A program made the translations under genes and the position numbers. Below the pieces are notes generated by a model, which was not told where the DNA came from, searched no databases, and worked only from the letters and a program-made list of their open reading frames with translations. DNA of 64,000 bases from an uncultured Candidatus Saccharibacteria bacterium (GTDB lineage Bacteria; Patescibacteriota; Saccharimonadia; Saccharimonadales; UBA4665), in assembly GCA_964574915.1 (NCBI GenBank), contig CAZNOW010000002.1, positions 32,328-96,327 of the forward strand, written 5' to 3'. This document shows, one piece after another, positions 24,545 to 34,856 of this stretch. Each line of letters opens with the position of its first letter. Within the stretch, counting starts at the first letter, position 1.

Positions 24545-25276
24545 ATGGTGATATTACCTGACCTCAAGGGGCGGGTTGTTATAATAAATAGCGATATGCG
24601 TGGGCGTTTAGCTATGACTCCGTGGACCCAATTTGTGGCTGCGCTATTTTTGGCAACAATGGTCAGTATTGGGCTGCTGGCAGTTGACGATATTATTAAC
24701 CGCAGTTTTGTCGAAAACTACCTGTTTATTAACTTATTACTGGCTTGGGTGCCTTTAGGTTTGGCCTTCTGGCTTCAAAAGTGCTTACAGCGCAAACTCT
24801 GGTCGAGCTGGGAAGGCCTAATCTTAAGTGCACTCTGGTTGATATTTCTGCCCAACACGTTTTACATGATTAGCGATTTTATTCATCTGGTAGAAGTTAA
24901 TTCTCAGCAGTTGCTATACAGCGCGGTCATGTTCACTTCGTTTATCTATACCGGTGTACTGCTTGGTTTTAGTAGTTTATATATTATCCACCAGGAATTT
25001 AGGAAACGTTTTTCAGTCCGGTCGACAACTATAGCCATCGGCCTGATACTATTGAGCTGTAGTTTTGCGATCTATATCGGGCGGGATCTACGCTGGAATA
25101 CCTGGGACATCGCCACTGATCCAGCTGGCCTGATATTTGAGATATCCACCCGATTATTGCATCCGTCGCAGTATCCTCAGGTCCTGTCAGTCATTACCCC
25201 GTTTTTTGTGCTATTAGCTAGTATGTATATGGTAGCGCAACGGGGTATGACACTCTTAAAACTGGATAAAGGATAA
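24545..25276 (+). CDS. DUF1361-like integral membrane protein
   Basis: Multi-TM protein with FLPNTFYMISDFIHL and GRDLRWNTWD motifs, recalled from DUF1361. The start codon is uncertain. Confidence 0.55.
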   Translation: MVILPDLKGRVVIINSDMRGRLAMTPWTQFVAALFLATMVSIGLLAVDDIINRSFVENYLFINLLLAWVPLGLAFWLQKCLQRKLWSSWEGLILSALWLIFLPNTFYMISDFIHLVEVNSQQLLYSAVMFTSFIYTGVLLGFSSLYIIHQEFRKRFSVRSTTIAIGLILLSCSFAIYIGRDLRWNTWDIATDPAGLIFEISTRLLHPSQYPQVLSVITPFFVLLASMYMVAQRGMTLLKLDKG

Positions 25277-25288
25277 CCTGATATACTG

Positions 25289-26953
25289 ATGGCCATGAGG
25301 TCAGATCTTGAATCGGCTATAACCGAAACCTGTAAAACCTTATTTAACGTGGACGCTGTCGTCAAACTGTTCCGTCCGGATGAGCAGTTTGGCGATTATG
25401 CCACTAATATTGCTTTGCAGTTAGGAGTTAAACTGAACCGTCAGCCTCAAGAAATTGCCAATACTTTAGCGGCTAAATTACGCGAAAGTCTGCGTGACTC
25501 GGTATCTGAAGTAACTGTTGCAGCCCCGGGATTTATTAATTTACGCTTAAATGATCAGTGCTTAATTCAAAACGCTCAAAATCGGAAACCTTCAGTTGAT
25601 TCCTCCGGTCAGATTGTTGTTATTGAAACCAATAACCCGAACCCGTTCAAAGACATTCATATTGGCCATGCCTTTAATTCGATCATTGCCGACACCCTAG
25701 CCAATCTGTTGGAAGCCGGGGGCGCCCAAACCCACCGAGTCAGTTATCACGGAGATGTCGGTCTACACGTCGGCAAATCGATGTGGGCCATATTGCGGTA
25801 TCTTGACGGTGACGTGCACAAATTAGATCAAATAGCCGCGGCCGAAAGACCTAAGTTTCTAAGTGAAAAATACGCCGAAGGAGCGGCTGCTTATGAGCAG
25901 GATGATCTAGCAAAGCAAGAAATTGAGAAGCTCACCAGCGAATCCTTCAGCTTTAATGACCCGCTTTTTAAACAAGTTTATGATATCTGTAAAACCTGGA
26001 GTTTTAGTTATTTTGATCAGGTACTTGATAATTTAGGCTGCCAGAACGTAGAACGGCGTTATCTGGAAAGCGAAGCCGACAAAGCCGGACGGGAAGTTGT
26101 TGAACAACATCTGGGCGATATCTTTGAAAAATCCGACGGAGCGATTATTTTCCCTGGAGAAAAATACGGTGTACACACCCGGGTGTTTATCTCTAGCCGC
26201 AATACCACACTATATGAAGCCCGGGACTTAGGGTTAATCCAGTTAAAGCAGCGTGATTTTAATCCCCAAGCTAGCTATATTGTGACGGCCGCAGAACAAA
26301 AGGAATACTTTCAAGTTGTGCTTAAAGCGGCTGAATTGGCCTTGCCTAATCTGGCCGGTATTACTAAAAATATTCCAACCGGTATGGTGAAGCTGTCGAC
26401 CGGTAAAATGAGTTCGCGCCAAGGAACGGCCGTCAATATCGGTTGGCTTTTGGAAGCGGTGGAAACGGCCTTGAAGGCGCGCGGGGCAGAAGAAAGTAGC
26501 CTGCACCCCGGTTTAGTGGCGGCGATAAGATACGCTTTTCTAAAAAACGGCATCGGTAGTGACGTTATTTTTGATATTAACGAGGCTATTAGTCTTGAAG
26601 GTAACAGCGGTATTTATCTTCAGTATGCCCATGTGCGAGCGCGAAGCATTATCAGTAAAAGCCAAATGCAACCGGCCGACTCGTTCAGTAATCTTGAACC
26701 TGATGAGCGTAGTTTATTACGAAAAATCACCGAATATCCGGATATTGCCAACCGGGCAATCACCGAATTAGCACCGCATCATATCTGTAACTATTTGTAT
26801 GAGTTAGCCCAGTTATTTAATCATTTCTATGAGCACAATCGGGTTATCGGTAGCGAACGGGAAGCGTCACGTTTAGTATTAGTGGCTGATTATGCGCAGG
26901 TGCTTAAAGACGGGTTGGAACTGTTAGGTATTCCGGCTCCTCAACAGATGTAA
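25289..26953 (+). CDS. argS: arginine--tRNA ligase
   Basis: 554 aa. NPNPFKDIHIGHAFN (HIGH), a KMSSRQG-like MSK region and a DALR-type C-terminus ending in M. Confidence 0.92.
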   Translation: MAMRSDLESAITETCKTLFNVDAVVKLFRPDEQFGDYATNIALQLGVKLNRQPQEIANTLAAKLRESLRDSVSEVTVAAPGFINLRLNDQCLIQNAQNRKPSVDSSGQIVVIETNNPNPFKDIHIGHAFNSIIADTLANLLEAGGAQTHRVSYHGDVGLHVGKSMWAILRYLDGDVHKLDQIAAAERPKFLSEKYAEGAAAYEQDDLAKQEIEKLTSESFSFNDPLFKQVYDICKTWSFSYFDQVLDNLGCQNVERRYLESEADKAGREVVEQHLGDIFEKSDGAIIFPGEKYGVHTRVFISSRNTTLYEARDLGLIQLKQRDFNPQASYIVTAAEQKEYFQVVLKAAELALPNLAGITKNIPTGMVKLSTGKMSSRQGTAVNIGWLLEAVETALKARGAEESSLHPGLVAAIRYAFLKNGIGSDVIFDINEAISLEGNSGIYLQYAHVRARSIISKSQMQPADSFSNLEPDERSLLRKITEYPDIANRAITELAPHHICNYLYELAQLFNHFYEHNRVIGSEREASRLVLVADYAQVLKDGLELLGIPAPQQM

Positions 26954-26963
26954 ATGAGGTATA

Positions 26964-27383
26964 ATGCAGATTATGGCAGATAATAACATCCAATCACCAG
27001 CATCCTCAAACACTTCACAGAGCACCCGCCGGCAACGTGTCAAAGTTGTATCTAAGGGCTTAACCCAACCGGTCAGCGGTTTTACTGCTTTTTTGCGGCA
27101 AAACGCCATTGTCGGATTGGCTGTCGGGTTTGTGGTTGGTACCCAAGTTCAAGGTGTTGTTAAACAGCTCATAGCCAGCTTTATTGACCCGCTCTCGGCC
27201 TTATTGTTTGGCGGTGTGGCCCTCAGTACCCGAACCTTCACACTACATTTTAATCATCAGTACGCTAATTTTGGCTGGGGATCTTTTGTTTACGCATTAA
27301 TGGATTTTATCTTCGTTTTAATAGTTATTTATGCCATTATCAAACTTTTCAAATTAGACAAATTAGACAAGCCGAAAAGTTAA
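26964..27383 (+). CDS. mscL: large-conductance mechanosensitive channel
   Basis: FLRQNAIVGLAVGFVVGTQ...LIASFIDPL, two TM helices, 139 aa. Confidence 0.85.
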   Translation: MQIMADNNIQSPASSNTSQSTRRQRVKVVSKGLTQPVSGFTAFLRQNAIVGLAVGFVVGTQVQGVVKQLIASFIDPLSALLFGGVALSTRTFTLHFNHQYANFGWGSFVYALMDFIFVLIVIYAIIKLFKLDKLDKPKS

Positions 27384-27429
27384 CAGGTAGTTTTAGCTTA
27401 CCGACCATAAACTAGCTTGAAGGTAACTC

Positions 27430-28293
27430 TTAAGCTTGACCATCTAAAATATCCTGAAAAACGAGTCGGCTGATTTGTTGAATTAAATTAACCTGATCGT
27501 TATATTCATCTGTTGTACCGTCTTGGTTATTGGTGAATATTACTAATGCATATTGATGACCTTGATAATTAACTATCGCTGCGTCGTTTAAATATCCCCA
27601 CAGTTGGCCGTATTTATGATAAACGGTTGCGGTTGGTGGCAGAACGGCCTGGATAAGATTAGTGGACGTAGTATTTGCCATATAACCTAGAAGTAATGAC
27701 TGATCGGTATTGTCGAGTAATTTGCCACGATAAAACATAGCCAATAATTTAGCCATGTCTGATGATGTCATAGTATTGTACTCACCCCCAGTGAAGCTGG
27801 ATAGACCAAGCTGATTGGCATAATTTTGCTGCTGGTCGCCTAAATAATTATCAATATCTGCCCAGGCATTATCGTCGCTGACCTCAATCATCTGCTGAAT
27901 TAATTGCGTGGCAGCCGTACCATCAATCTGTTGATCTAAACTTGCCTGACCTTCCTCGACTTCATGGAGGTAATCGATAGCAGCCAGTATTTTGGCGGTG
28001 GAAGCTGCCTTAAATAGGGTAGTGGTCGCACCGGCTTCAAAATCTTGATTTGAGTTTAAATCGATAATACTGACAGCAGTGCTTAGACCATCAGGGTCGT
28101 CAGCGATAACACTATTAATCGAAGAAGTTACAGCTGTTGCATTGCTGCTTAAGACCGTCTTAGCGCTCTTAGTATCTGATGTTGAATTAGTCTTTTGGCT
28201 GTCCTTGGCTGAGACTTGCTCGAAACTTTTCAGAGTCACGGTTATTAAGACCAGAACTAACAAGATCACACCAAACCACTTCATGAGTTTCAT
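27430..28293 (-). CDS. secreted class-A beta-lactamase-like serine hydrolase
   Basis: Signal/anchor helix and an SxxK motif (ASTAKI). Size and layout match class A penicillin-binding folds. Confidence 0.6.
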   Translation of the reverse strand: MKLMKWFGVILLVLVLITVTLKSFEQVSAKDSQKTNSTSDTKSAKTVLSSNATAVTSSINSVIADDPDGLSTAVSIIDLNSNQDFEAGATTTLFKAASTAKILAAIDYLHEVEEGQASLDQQIDGTAATQLIQQMIEVSDDNAWADIDNYLGDQQQNYANQLGLSSFTGGEYNTMTSSDMAKLLAMFYRGKLLDNTDQSLLLGYMANTTSTNLIQAVLPPTATVYHKYGQLWGYLNDAAIVNYQGHQYALVIFTNNQDGTTDEYNDQVNLIQQISRLVFQDILDGQA

Positions 28294-28401
28294 AAAGTTA
28301 AGTTAGTTCAGAATAATTAGAATAAGCTGATAACCTAAATACTTATTAGATGTTAAAAATAACATTTCATATGATATCCCCCGGCATATTAAAATATATC
28401 T

Positions 28402-28788
28402 ATGGCCACCGAGGATCAATGGAAAGCTAAATTAAATCACGAGCAGTATCGTATTTTGCGTGAGAAAAGAAATGAAGCACCTTTTAGCGGTGCACTATTG
28501 CATAATTACGCCACTGGAGATTACTTGTGTGCAGCTTGCCAGAATGTCGTTTTTCAAAGTGGCACCAAATTTGATTCTGGTACGGGATGGCCCAGTTTTT
28601 ATGATGTTGCCAATCGGCGAGCCGTAAGACTAGTCGAAGATCTTAGTGAAGGGATGCACCGGGTTGAGGTGCAGTGCGCTGAGTGCGGTAGCCATCTCGG
28701 ACACGTTTTTAATGACGCTCCTGATCAGCCAACTGGTATGCGCTTTTGTATTAATTCGGCGGCTTTACAGTTTAAGAAGCGAGACTAG
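28402..28788 (+). CDS. msrB: peptide-methionine (R)-S-oxide reductase
   Basis: CxxC ... CxxC zinc site (CAAC, CAEC), GWPSF and RFCINS motifs. Confidence 0.92.
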   Translation: MATEDQWKAKLNHEQYRILREKRNEAPFSGALLHNYATGDYLCAACQNVVFQSGTKFDSGTGWPSFYDVANRRAVRLVEDLSEGMHRVEVQCAECGSHLGHVFNDAPDQPTGMRFCINSAALQFKKRD

Positions 28789-28817
28789 TCTTGTCTTAAT
28801 GTATATTTATCAGAGTG

Positions 28818-29168
28818 TTAAGATTGACGACAATACTTACTGCCCCAAGCCGCCATTTGCTCCAGAACCGGGATCAGGTCATGACCCTTTTGGGTTAAGG
28901 TGTATTCGACCCGCGGCGGGATTTCCGCAAAACTTTGTTTAGTAATAATACCCTGTGCCTCCAAATCATCCAGGCGTTTGGAGAGAGTTCGAGGGTTAAT
29001 ATTGCCTACCGATTTTTCTAAGACACAAAAGCGTTGCGACCCCTTGGTTAAATCGCGCAAAATTAGAGCCGTCCACTTGTTGCCGATAATTTCCATAGTG
29101 CCAGCAATACAGCCTATCCTAGGTTCGATCGCCTTTTTTGTTGCCTGATTGGTATCAAATAATTTCAT
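28818..29168 (-). CDS. HxlR family transcriptional regulator
   Basis: 116 aa. IIGNKWTALILRDL ... RTLSKRLDDLEAQGII ... PRVEYTLT. Confidence 0.85.
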   Translation of the reverse strand: MKLFDTNQATKKAIEPRIGCIAGTMEIIGNKWTALILRDLTKGSQRFCVLEKSVGNINPRTLSKRLDDLEAQGIITKQSFAEIPPRVEYTLTQKGHDLIPVLEQMAAWGSKYCRQS

Positions 29169-29235
29169 ACTTTACAAAATATAGTATTATGCATATATTA
29201 AATAGTATACAAAGTATACTATAAAGAGGAAGCAT

Positions 29236-29817
29236 ATGAAAGTACAAATAATTATCGGCAGCACCAGACCTAACCGTGTTACACACCGAGTAGCCAAGTG
29301 GGTGGCAAAAGAGGCTCAAAACTTGTCTGATACAACGGTTGAGTTGGTTGATCTAGCGGATTATCCATTGCCGCTTCTAGATGAACCGCTTTCACCGCAA
29401 TTTAATCCCAATCGCCAACCGAATGCAGTTACTAAAAAATGGCTGGCTAAAATCGCCGACAGCGATGCTTACGTTTTAGTTACGCCGGAATATAACCGAT
29501 CATATTCGGCCGTTCTGAAAAATGCGCTTGATTATATCGATTATCAATTCGCTAAAAAGCCGGTTGCTCTTGTCTCTCATGGTTCAACCGGCGGCGCCCA
29601 GGCTATCGGGCACTTGCGAGGAGTACTGCCAGGATTACAGGCAGTAACCATACCGCGAGCCACCTTTGTCATCGGCCGAGCTGCTGAATTAATCAGCGAA
29701 GCTGGACTTTTACAAGAAGACCTCCGAAAGGCTGCTTACGGACCGCAAAGCGCACTGAAAGCGATGCTTGAAGATCTGAAGTGGTATAGCGATGCTTTGG
29801 CTAAAGCCAGAGGTTAA
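29236..29817 (+). CDS. NAD(P)H-dependent FMN reductase family oxidoreductase
   Basis: GSTRPNR, TPEYNRSYS and SHGSTGG motifs. Divergent from the HxlR regulator gene. Confidence 0.8.
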   Translation: MKVQIIIGSTRPNRVTHRVAKWVAKEAQNLSDTTVELVDLADYPLPLLDEPLSPQFNPNRQPNAVTKKWLAKIADSDAYVLVTPEYNRSYSAVLKNALDYIDYQFAKKPVALVSHGSTGGAQAIGHLRGVLPGLQAVTIPRATFVIGRAAELISEAGLLQEDLRKAAYGPQSALKAMLEDLKWYSDALAKARG

Positions 29818-29844
29818 TCTTAGTATTACGCTATAATCAGACTA

Positions 29845-30414
29845 ATGTTTGATAAGCATGCCATCCCGACTAGATTACTGTGGGTTGATCTGGAAACTAC
29901 CGGTTTAGATCCGCAAAAAGATGTCATTCTAGAAGTGGTGGCACTAGTCACGGATTTCAATTTTAAAATACTGGCAAGCTATAAAGCCTTAATAAAGCAA
30001 GATCAAAAAACTGTTGAACAGCGCATGCAACTAAATAATTGGTGGGAAAAATATCCCAAGAATCGGAAATTATTTTTACGGAGCATCAAAAACGGTGTCC
30101 CATTAAAGCAGGCGGAACAAGATCTCATTAAATTAATTGATCAGTATTTTAAGGCAGAACCGGCGATCCTGGCCGGAAATTCTATTCATTACGACCGGAC
30201 ATATATCAGGCATTGGTGGCCGGCACTTAATCAAAAATTACACTACCGAATGTTAGATGTCACTACTCTTAAAATTATCATGCAGGGCAAATATGGCATA
30301 GATTTCAAAGGCAAAGAAACTCACCGTGCTTTAGACGATATCCAAGAATCAATTACCGAACTGCGTTATTACCTGAAATGGTTGAGAAAAGACTGTGACA
30401 AAAATCAATCGTAA
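29845..30414 (+). CDS. orn: oligoribonuclease (DEDDh exonuclease)
   Basis: LLWVDLETTGLDP, GNSIHYDRTYI and HRALDDIQESI motifs. Confidence 0.85.
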   Translation: MFDKHAIPTRLLWVDLETTGLDPQKDVILEVVALVTDFNFKILASYKALIKQDQKTVEQRMQLNNWWEKYPKNRKLFLRSIKNGVPLKQAEQDLIKLIDQYFKAEPAILAGNSIHYDRTYIRHWWPALNQKLHYRMLDVTTLKIIMQGKYGIDFKGKETHRALDDIQESITELRYYLKWLRKDCDKNQS

Positions 30415-30499
30415 CACTTTAAGTAGTAAAAATTTACACTAACACTTAGCACTTTCACCCCTAAAATATAGCCTACAACTTATTAATAAGGGGGTAAAA

Positions 30500-31087
30500 A
30501 TGCTTAGTATTCGAAATATCAACCCCATGGTTAGAGCAATTGCAACCATGGGAGCTATAGCCGCTTTAGTTGGCGGCGTGACGTTCGCGCAGTTGACATC
30601 AAATACAGTGGCACTAACTTCAAACTCTATTGATAGTGCCACAGCAACTCTACAAATTAGTAATGACAATTCAACGTATAGCAACAGTGCTACCGGCTTT
30701 ACGTTCTCCGGGGTAGTGCCAGGCGGTGCGGCTTCGCCAAATCAAACATTTTATTTAAAAAATACAGGATCTACGGATTTAACTCTTAGTTCATCCATAA
30801 CCGCGTTACCAACTTGGAGTGGGACGGTTAACAATAGTTTAGTGCGCCTAAATGTGACTTGTACTTCGTTAATTGCGGGCGGTCCAACCATAGCGCTTCT
30901 TAACCCAGGCAATGATACGATGACGCTCTATAACACCGGAGATACTTTTACTAATAGTGGAGTAATCAAATCCGGAGATGTTGACCAATGTACCATTAAT
31001 GTATCAATGGATTCTGGTGCGTTTACGGGCAGTGGGGTTACCCAAACTAATACCTTTGACCTAGATATGTCTGGCACATCATCATAA
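30500..31087 (+). CDS. secreted protein with a SipW-dependent (TasA/camelysin-type) signal peptide
   Basis: N-terminal MVRAIATMGAIAALVGGVTFAQLTSNTVAL resembles the TasA/CalY signal (..GGGTFAFF.D..). T/S/N-rich beta-type mature region. Lies directly upstream of a SipW-like peptidase gene. Confidence 0.65.
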   Translation: MLSIRNINPMVRAIATMGAIAALVGGVTFAQLTSNTVALTSNSIDSATATLQISNDNSTYSNSATGFTFSGVVPGGAASPNQTFYLKNTGSTDLTLSSSITALPTWSGTVNNSLVRLNVTCTSLIAGGPTIALLNPGNDTMTLYNTGDTFTNSGVIKSGDVDQCTINVSMDSGAFTGSGVTQTNTFDLDMSGTSS

Positions 31088-31129
31088 AAATAGAAAATTT
31101 AATATAGCTAACTAATTTAAGCGAGTTAG

Positions 31130-31987
31130 ATGAATATACTTAGACGGTTCTCAACAAGTTTAAGTGTAGTGATACTGGTGGTAAGTTGTGGTGCTTTATT
31201 GCTTTTTGGATGGTCAGGTACGGGCTGGAAGGCCCTGATTGTTCCAACCGCTAGCATGCGCCCGGCTATACCACCAGGCTCATTAATACTGACGCATCGG
31301 GTATCCACAGCTTCGCTAGAAGTTGGGGATATTATTACCTATGTTAACCCGCTTAATCCTAAGACAACCATTTCGCATAGGATTATTCGGGAATATTTAA
31401 TTGGCAATAAGGTACCCGCCTTCATTACGAAAGGTGATGCCAATAAAAGCCCTGATAGGCCTTTAACTGCATCAAGTGTAGTTGGCAAAGTTATCTGGCA
31501 TATTCCTAATGTTGGTTCTTGGTTACTATTTATAAAGCGACCAATCGTCATATTGCCGGTAATATATCTCGCGGCTTTAATATTGATGATTGAAGAAGTG
31601 CGGCGATTAAGCGATTATCTAAAACTTCGACAACCATATCGTATATTGGGTTATCGAAGATATCTTCAGCATCAAACCGGTATAGCCCAGAGATTTACAT
31701 TCGGAGTTATAATGAGCATTTTTTCTCTGGTTTTAATCGGATCATTTACTGGGTCAACAGCATTGGCGTCGATCAAAAGCAACCCAGTGTCACTGACTGG
31801 TAATAAAATCTCAGCGGTTGCCGCTAATCAATGCTCGGAAAATAATAACTCGGTAATTATTAATAATAACTCTAGTCAAACGGCGACTTCCGGTAGCGCT
31901 AGCGGAGGAAATGCCAGTAGTGGCAGTGTCAGCAATCAGAACTCTACCAATGTCAACGTCTCGATTAGCAATTCAAATTGTTCGTAA
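31130..31987 (+). CDS. archaeal/ER-type signal peptidase I (SipW-like) with a long C-terminal extension
   Basis: PTASMRPAIPPGSLILT, GDIITY, SHRII and TKGDAN match SipW blocks (SGSMEP..GSLILV, GDVITF, THRIV, TKGDNN). Followed by 2 TM helices and an N/S-rich tail. Confidence 0.8.
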   Translation: MNILRRFSTSLSVVILVVSCGALLLFGWSGTGWKALIVPTASMRPAIPPGSLILTHRVSTASLEVGDIITYVNPLNPKTTISHRIIREYLIGNKVPAFITKGDANKSPDRPLTASSVVGKVIWHIPNVGSWLLFIKRPIVILPVIYLAALILMIEEVRRLSDYLKLRQPYRILGYRRYLQHQTGIAQRFTFGVIMSIFSLVLIGSFTGSTALASIKSNPVSLTGNKISAVAANQCSENNNSVIINNNSSQTATSGSASGGNASSGSVSNQNSTNVNVSISNSNCS

Positions 31988-32018
31988 AAAACTAAAAAAT
32001 AAGCGGTGTCGTTTTATA

Positions 32019-32366
32019 ATGAAGGCCATGAATCAGGCTGAAGTTGAAAAATATGTTTTGAGTTTCCCAAACGCCGTCCGTGAATATCCTTTTGGCGAAG
32101 GTCTGGCAGTCTATAAAGTTGGCGGTGAAATTTTTGCCATTATTAAAGAAGGCAAAAACCCAGTCCAGATCAGCTTAAAATGTGACCCCCTGTTATCAAA
32201 AGTGTTGCGCCAAAGATATGAAAGCGTCATGCCCGGTGACCATCTTCATAAAAAATACTGGAATACGCTTGTATTAAGCGGCCAGTTGAACTGGCAAGAG
32301 GTACAGGACCTAATTCGCCATTCCCACGATTTGGTGGTGGCCCAATTAACTCCCAAAATCAGTTAG
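32019..32366 (+). CDS. MmcQ/YjbR family protein
   Basis: Start moved to the ATG at 32019 (MKAMNQAEVEKYVLSFPNAVREYPFGE...). The longer ORF-track start overlaps the SipW-like gene. Confidence 0.7.
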   Translation: MKAMNQAEVEKYVLSFPNAVREYPFGEGLAVYKVGGEIFAIIKEGKNPVQISLKCDPLLSKVLRQRYESVMPGDHLHKKYWNTLVLSGQLNWQEVQDLIRHSHDLVVAQLTPKIS

Positions 32367-32374
32367 TTGTAAGT

Positions 32375-33019
32375 TTATTCGGTTTGGTTACTTTGCTGCA
32401 GTAATAATTGAGCTTGGTTATAGGCGGTGCTCAGTAGTTGTCTTTCGGTCATACTGCTGGTTTTCGGGTATGCCTGCTGTAGGGAATGTTCGTAAGTCGT
32501 TAGTTCAGATTTTGCAATTGTTAGATAGGTTTGATCGTAAGTCCCGTTATTTTTAGCAGTAAGAAGCGTTGAATCGGTTCCGGAGTTACGGGTGGCCTGT
32601 AAAACACTGCTGCTGGGGCTGCTACCCAAACCGTGCAAGAAATTTATAAAGGCCTGTTGTTCGGTTAATAAGCTAAGCTCGGTAGTGATAGCAAAATTTT
32701 GAGTCGGCTGTTCGGTAGCGACTTGCGACGCCGCCAATGAAACGCGCGCCATTTCGTTTTGTTGTTGAGTGATGGAAACTAAAGGAGTGGTGGCTGTACC
32801 GCCGGAACTAGTTATTAAGGCCACTAAAATCCAAATGATAATAATCAAGAAAATACCGCCGGCACCAGCTACCATCAGCCGAGTTTTAAGCGAGGAATTA
32901 TTGATTGAAAATAGCTGGTTCGGATGTCGGTGCTTCCCGTAATTGACGATAAAATCATAATTATCAGGGTTTGGTCCCGCGGGAGTATTACCGTAGGGTT
33001 GTAATGGGGGCATAGCCAT
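32375..33019 (-). CDS. single-pass membrane protein, hypothetical
   Basis: 214 aa with one TM helix (LMVAGAGGIFLIIIIWILVALI). No motif recognised. Confidence 0.5.
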   Translation of the reverse strand: MAMPPLQPYGNTPAGPNPDNYDFIVNYGKHRHPNQLFSINNSSLKTRLMVAGAGGIFLIIIIWILVALITSSGGTATTPLVSITQQQNEMARVSLAASQVATEQPTQNFAITTELSLLTEQQAFINFLHGLGSSPSSSVLQATRNSGTDSTLLTAKNNGTYDQTYLTIAKSELTTYEHSLQQAYPKTSSMTERQLLSTAYNQAQLLLQQSNQTE

Positions 33020-33084
33020 ATTTAATCATAAGCATTGTAACTGTGCCAAAATTGCCGACAATTACTTGAGACCCAAAAGAGTAA

Positions 33085-34854
33085 ATGGCGTACAATATTT
33101 CTACAATGGATGCAATGGACGAGATCAGGACTCGATTGAGTATCGAGGATGTTATCAGTGAGTATGTCCAGCTGAAACGATCAGGCCGCAATTGGCGCGG
33201 TCTAAGCCCCTTTACAAACGAAAAGACACCGAGCTTCATGGTTAGCCCGGAGAAGCAAATTTGGCATGACTTTTCATCTGGAAAAGGCGGCAATATGTTC
33301 AGCTTTGTCATGGAGATGGAAGGGTTGGACTTTAAAGGAGCACTCGAACTATTAGCCCGTAAAGCCGGCATTGATCTGGAACAGTTTCGCCAACCCGATC
33401 GCGGTTTTGGGCCCAATAAGGCTCGATTACACGAGCTACTGGAATGGAGTGCTAAATTTTATCAACACCATTTGACTAAATATCGGCCCGCTTTGGATTA
33501 TGTTTTTCAAGAACGTAAGTTTACTCGAGAAACTGTTTTAACTTGGAAAATCGGATACGCACCAAGAGGCGGTAATGAACTAACGGCATTCTTAAAGAGC
33601 AAGGGCTTTAATGATGCGGAAATCAAACAAGCCGGACTGAGTACCCAGCGATACCGGGATTCAGCTGATATGTTCCGTGATCGCTTAATGATTCCGCTGC
33701 AAGATTCGTTTGGAGCAATTATCGGCTTTACCGCTCGCATTCTTGGAGATAATCCCAATGCTCCAAAATATATCAATACTCCCCAAACGGTGCTTTACGA
33801 CAAATCGCGTCACGTTTACGGTTTGCATCTGGCTAAAGAAGCTATCCGAAAAAATAATTTCGCCGTTTTTACCGAAGGCAACCTAGACGTTATCGCCAGT
33901 CACCAAGCCGGTGTCCATCAGGTAGTGGCCGTTGCCGGAACGGCTATGACCGAGCAACATCTTAAAATTACAAGTCGGCTAACCGGCGATATCAGGCTTT
34001 GTTTTGATAATGATAAGGCCGGCTTAGCGGCTACCGAAAGAGCTATCCCGATTGCCAGCAAAATCGGTATTTCGCTAAGTATTATTGATATCCCCCAAGG
34101 TAAAGACCCTGATGAGTTAATCCGTCAGAATCCGGAACTCTGGCAAACCGCCATAACCAAACATAGCTATGCGCTTGACTGGCTGATGAAGCGTTATCAG
34201 CAGCTAATAGATATTCAGAGTGCACCAGGCAAGCGCCAATATACTGATGTTTTGCTGCCGCTAGTTCGCCGTTTACAAGATAGCGTCGAACAAGATCATT
34301 ATCTTAATTTAATTGCTTCAACGATCGGCATCAGCCACGAGGCGATAGTTACCAAACTGCATGCCGGTCCGGATAGTAAGGTGCTGCGAAAACCGATCCG
34401 CAACCAGCCGGTACTTCCAAGTGCCGAACTAGTTGAATACGGCAAGCTTCAGGATCATCTTCTGGCGCTGGCGCTTAAAGTGCCCAGTTTACGCGACCAG
34501 ATTAAATTCATTACTGCCGACATGTTATTGAGCGATGAAGCCAAAAAACTACTGGAAATTATTAAAACTAACCCTGATCTGAAAGAGGATGACGCCAACA
34601 GATTGAAATCGATTACCGAATATGTTAAAATCTTAGAATTAGAGTATGAAGAGCTCTACCAGGATGTCGAGCTACCCGAACTGGGATATGAAGCTACTCG
34701 ACTACAGACTAGACTGGTTGAAGTTTACGTGAAAACTCAAAAGCAAAAATTAGCTGCACAATTAGACACGGCCAACGAAGCCCAAACTGCTCCGTTGTTA
34801 AAACAGGTTAAACAGCTCGATTTATTACTCAATCAAGTGACAGAAGGAGTTTAA
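33085..34854 (+). CDS. dnaG: DNA primase
   Basis: Zinc-binding-region context ([30 protein letters not shown]) and TOPRIM domain (EGNLDV, DNDKAG). Confidence 0.93.
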   Translation: MAYNISTMDAMDEIRTRLSIEDVISEYVQLKRSGRNWRGLSPFTNEKTPSFMVSPEKQIWHDFSSGKGGNMFSFVMEMEGLDFKGALELLARKAGIDLEQFRQPDRGFGPNKARLHELLEWSAKFYQHHLTKYRPALDYVFQERKFTRETVLTWKIGYAPRGGNELTAFLKSKGFNDAEIKQAGLSTQRYRDSADMFRDRLMIPLQDSFGAIIGFTARILGDNPNAPKYINTPQTVLYDKSRHVYGLHLAKEAIRKNNFAVFTEGNLDVIASHQAGVHQVVAVAGTAMTEQHLKITSRLTGDIRLCFDNDKAGLAATERAIPIASKIGISLSIIDIPQGKDPDELIRQNPELWQTAITKHSYALDWLMKRYQQLIDIQSAPGKRQYTDVLLPLVRRLQDSVEQDHYLNLIASTIGISHEAIVTKLHAGPDSKVLRKPIRNQPVLPSAELVEYGKLQDHLLALALKVPSLRDQIKFITADMLLSDEAKKLLEIIKTNPDLKEDDANRLKSITEYVKILELEYEELYQDVELPELGYEATRLQTRLVEVYVKTQKQKLAAQLDTANEAQTAPLLKQVKQLDLLLNQVTEGV

Positions 34855-34856
34855 GG

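Noticed and set aside
28646-29148. Plus-strand ORFs of 98 and 82 aa overlapping msrB and antisense to the HxlR gene
   Set aside because: They overlap well-supported genes in alternative or antisense frames and have no motifs.
31911-32018. 36-codon N-terminal extension of the YjbR-like ORF
   Set aside because: It overlaps the 3' end of the SipW-like gene, and its translation is unrelated to the family. The ATG at 32019 gives the typical N-terminus.
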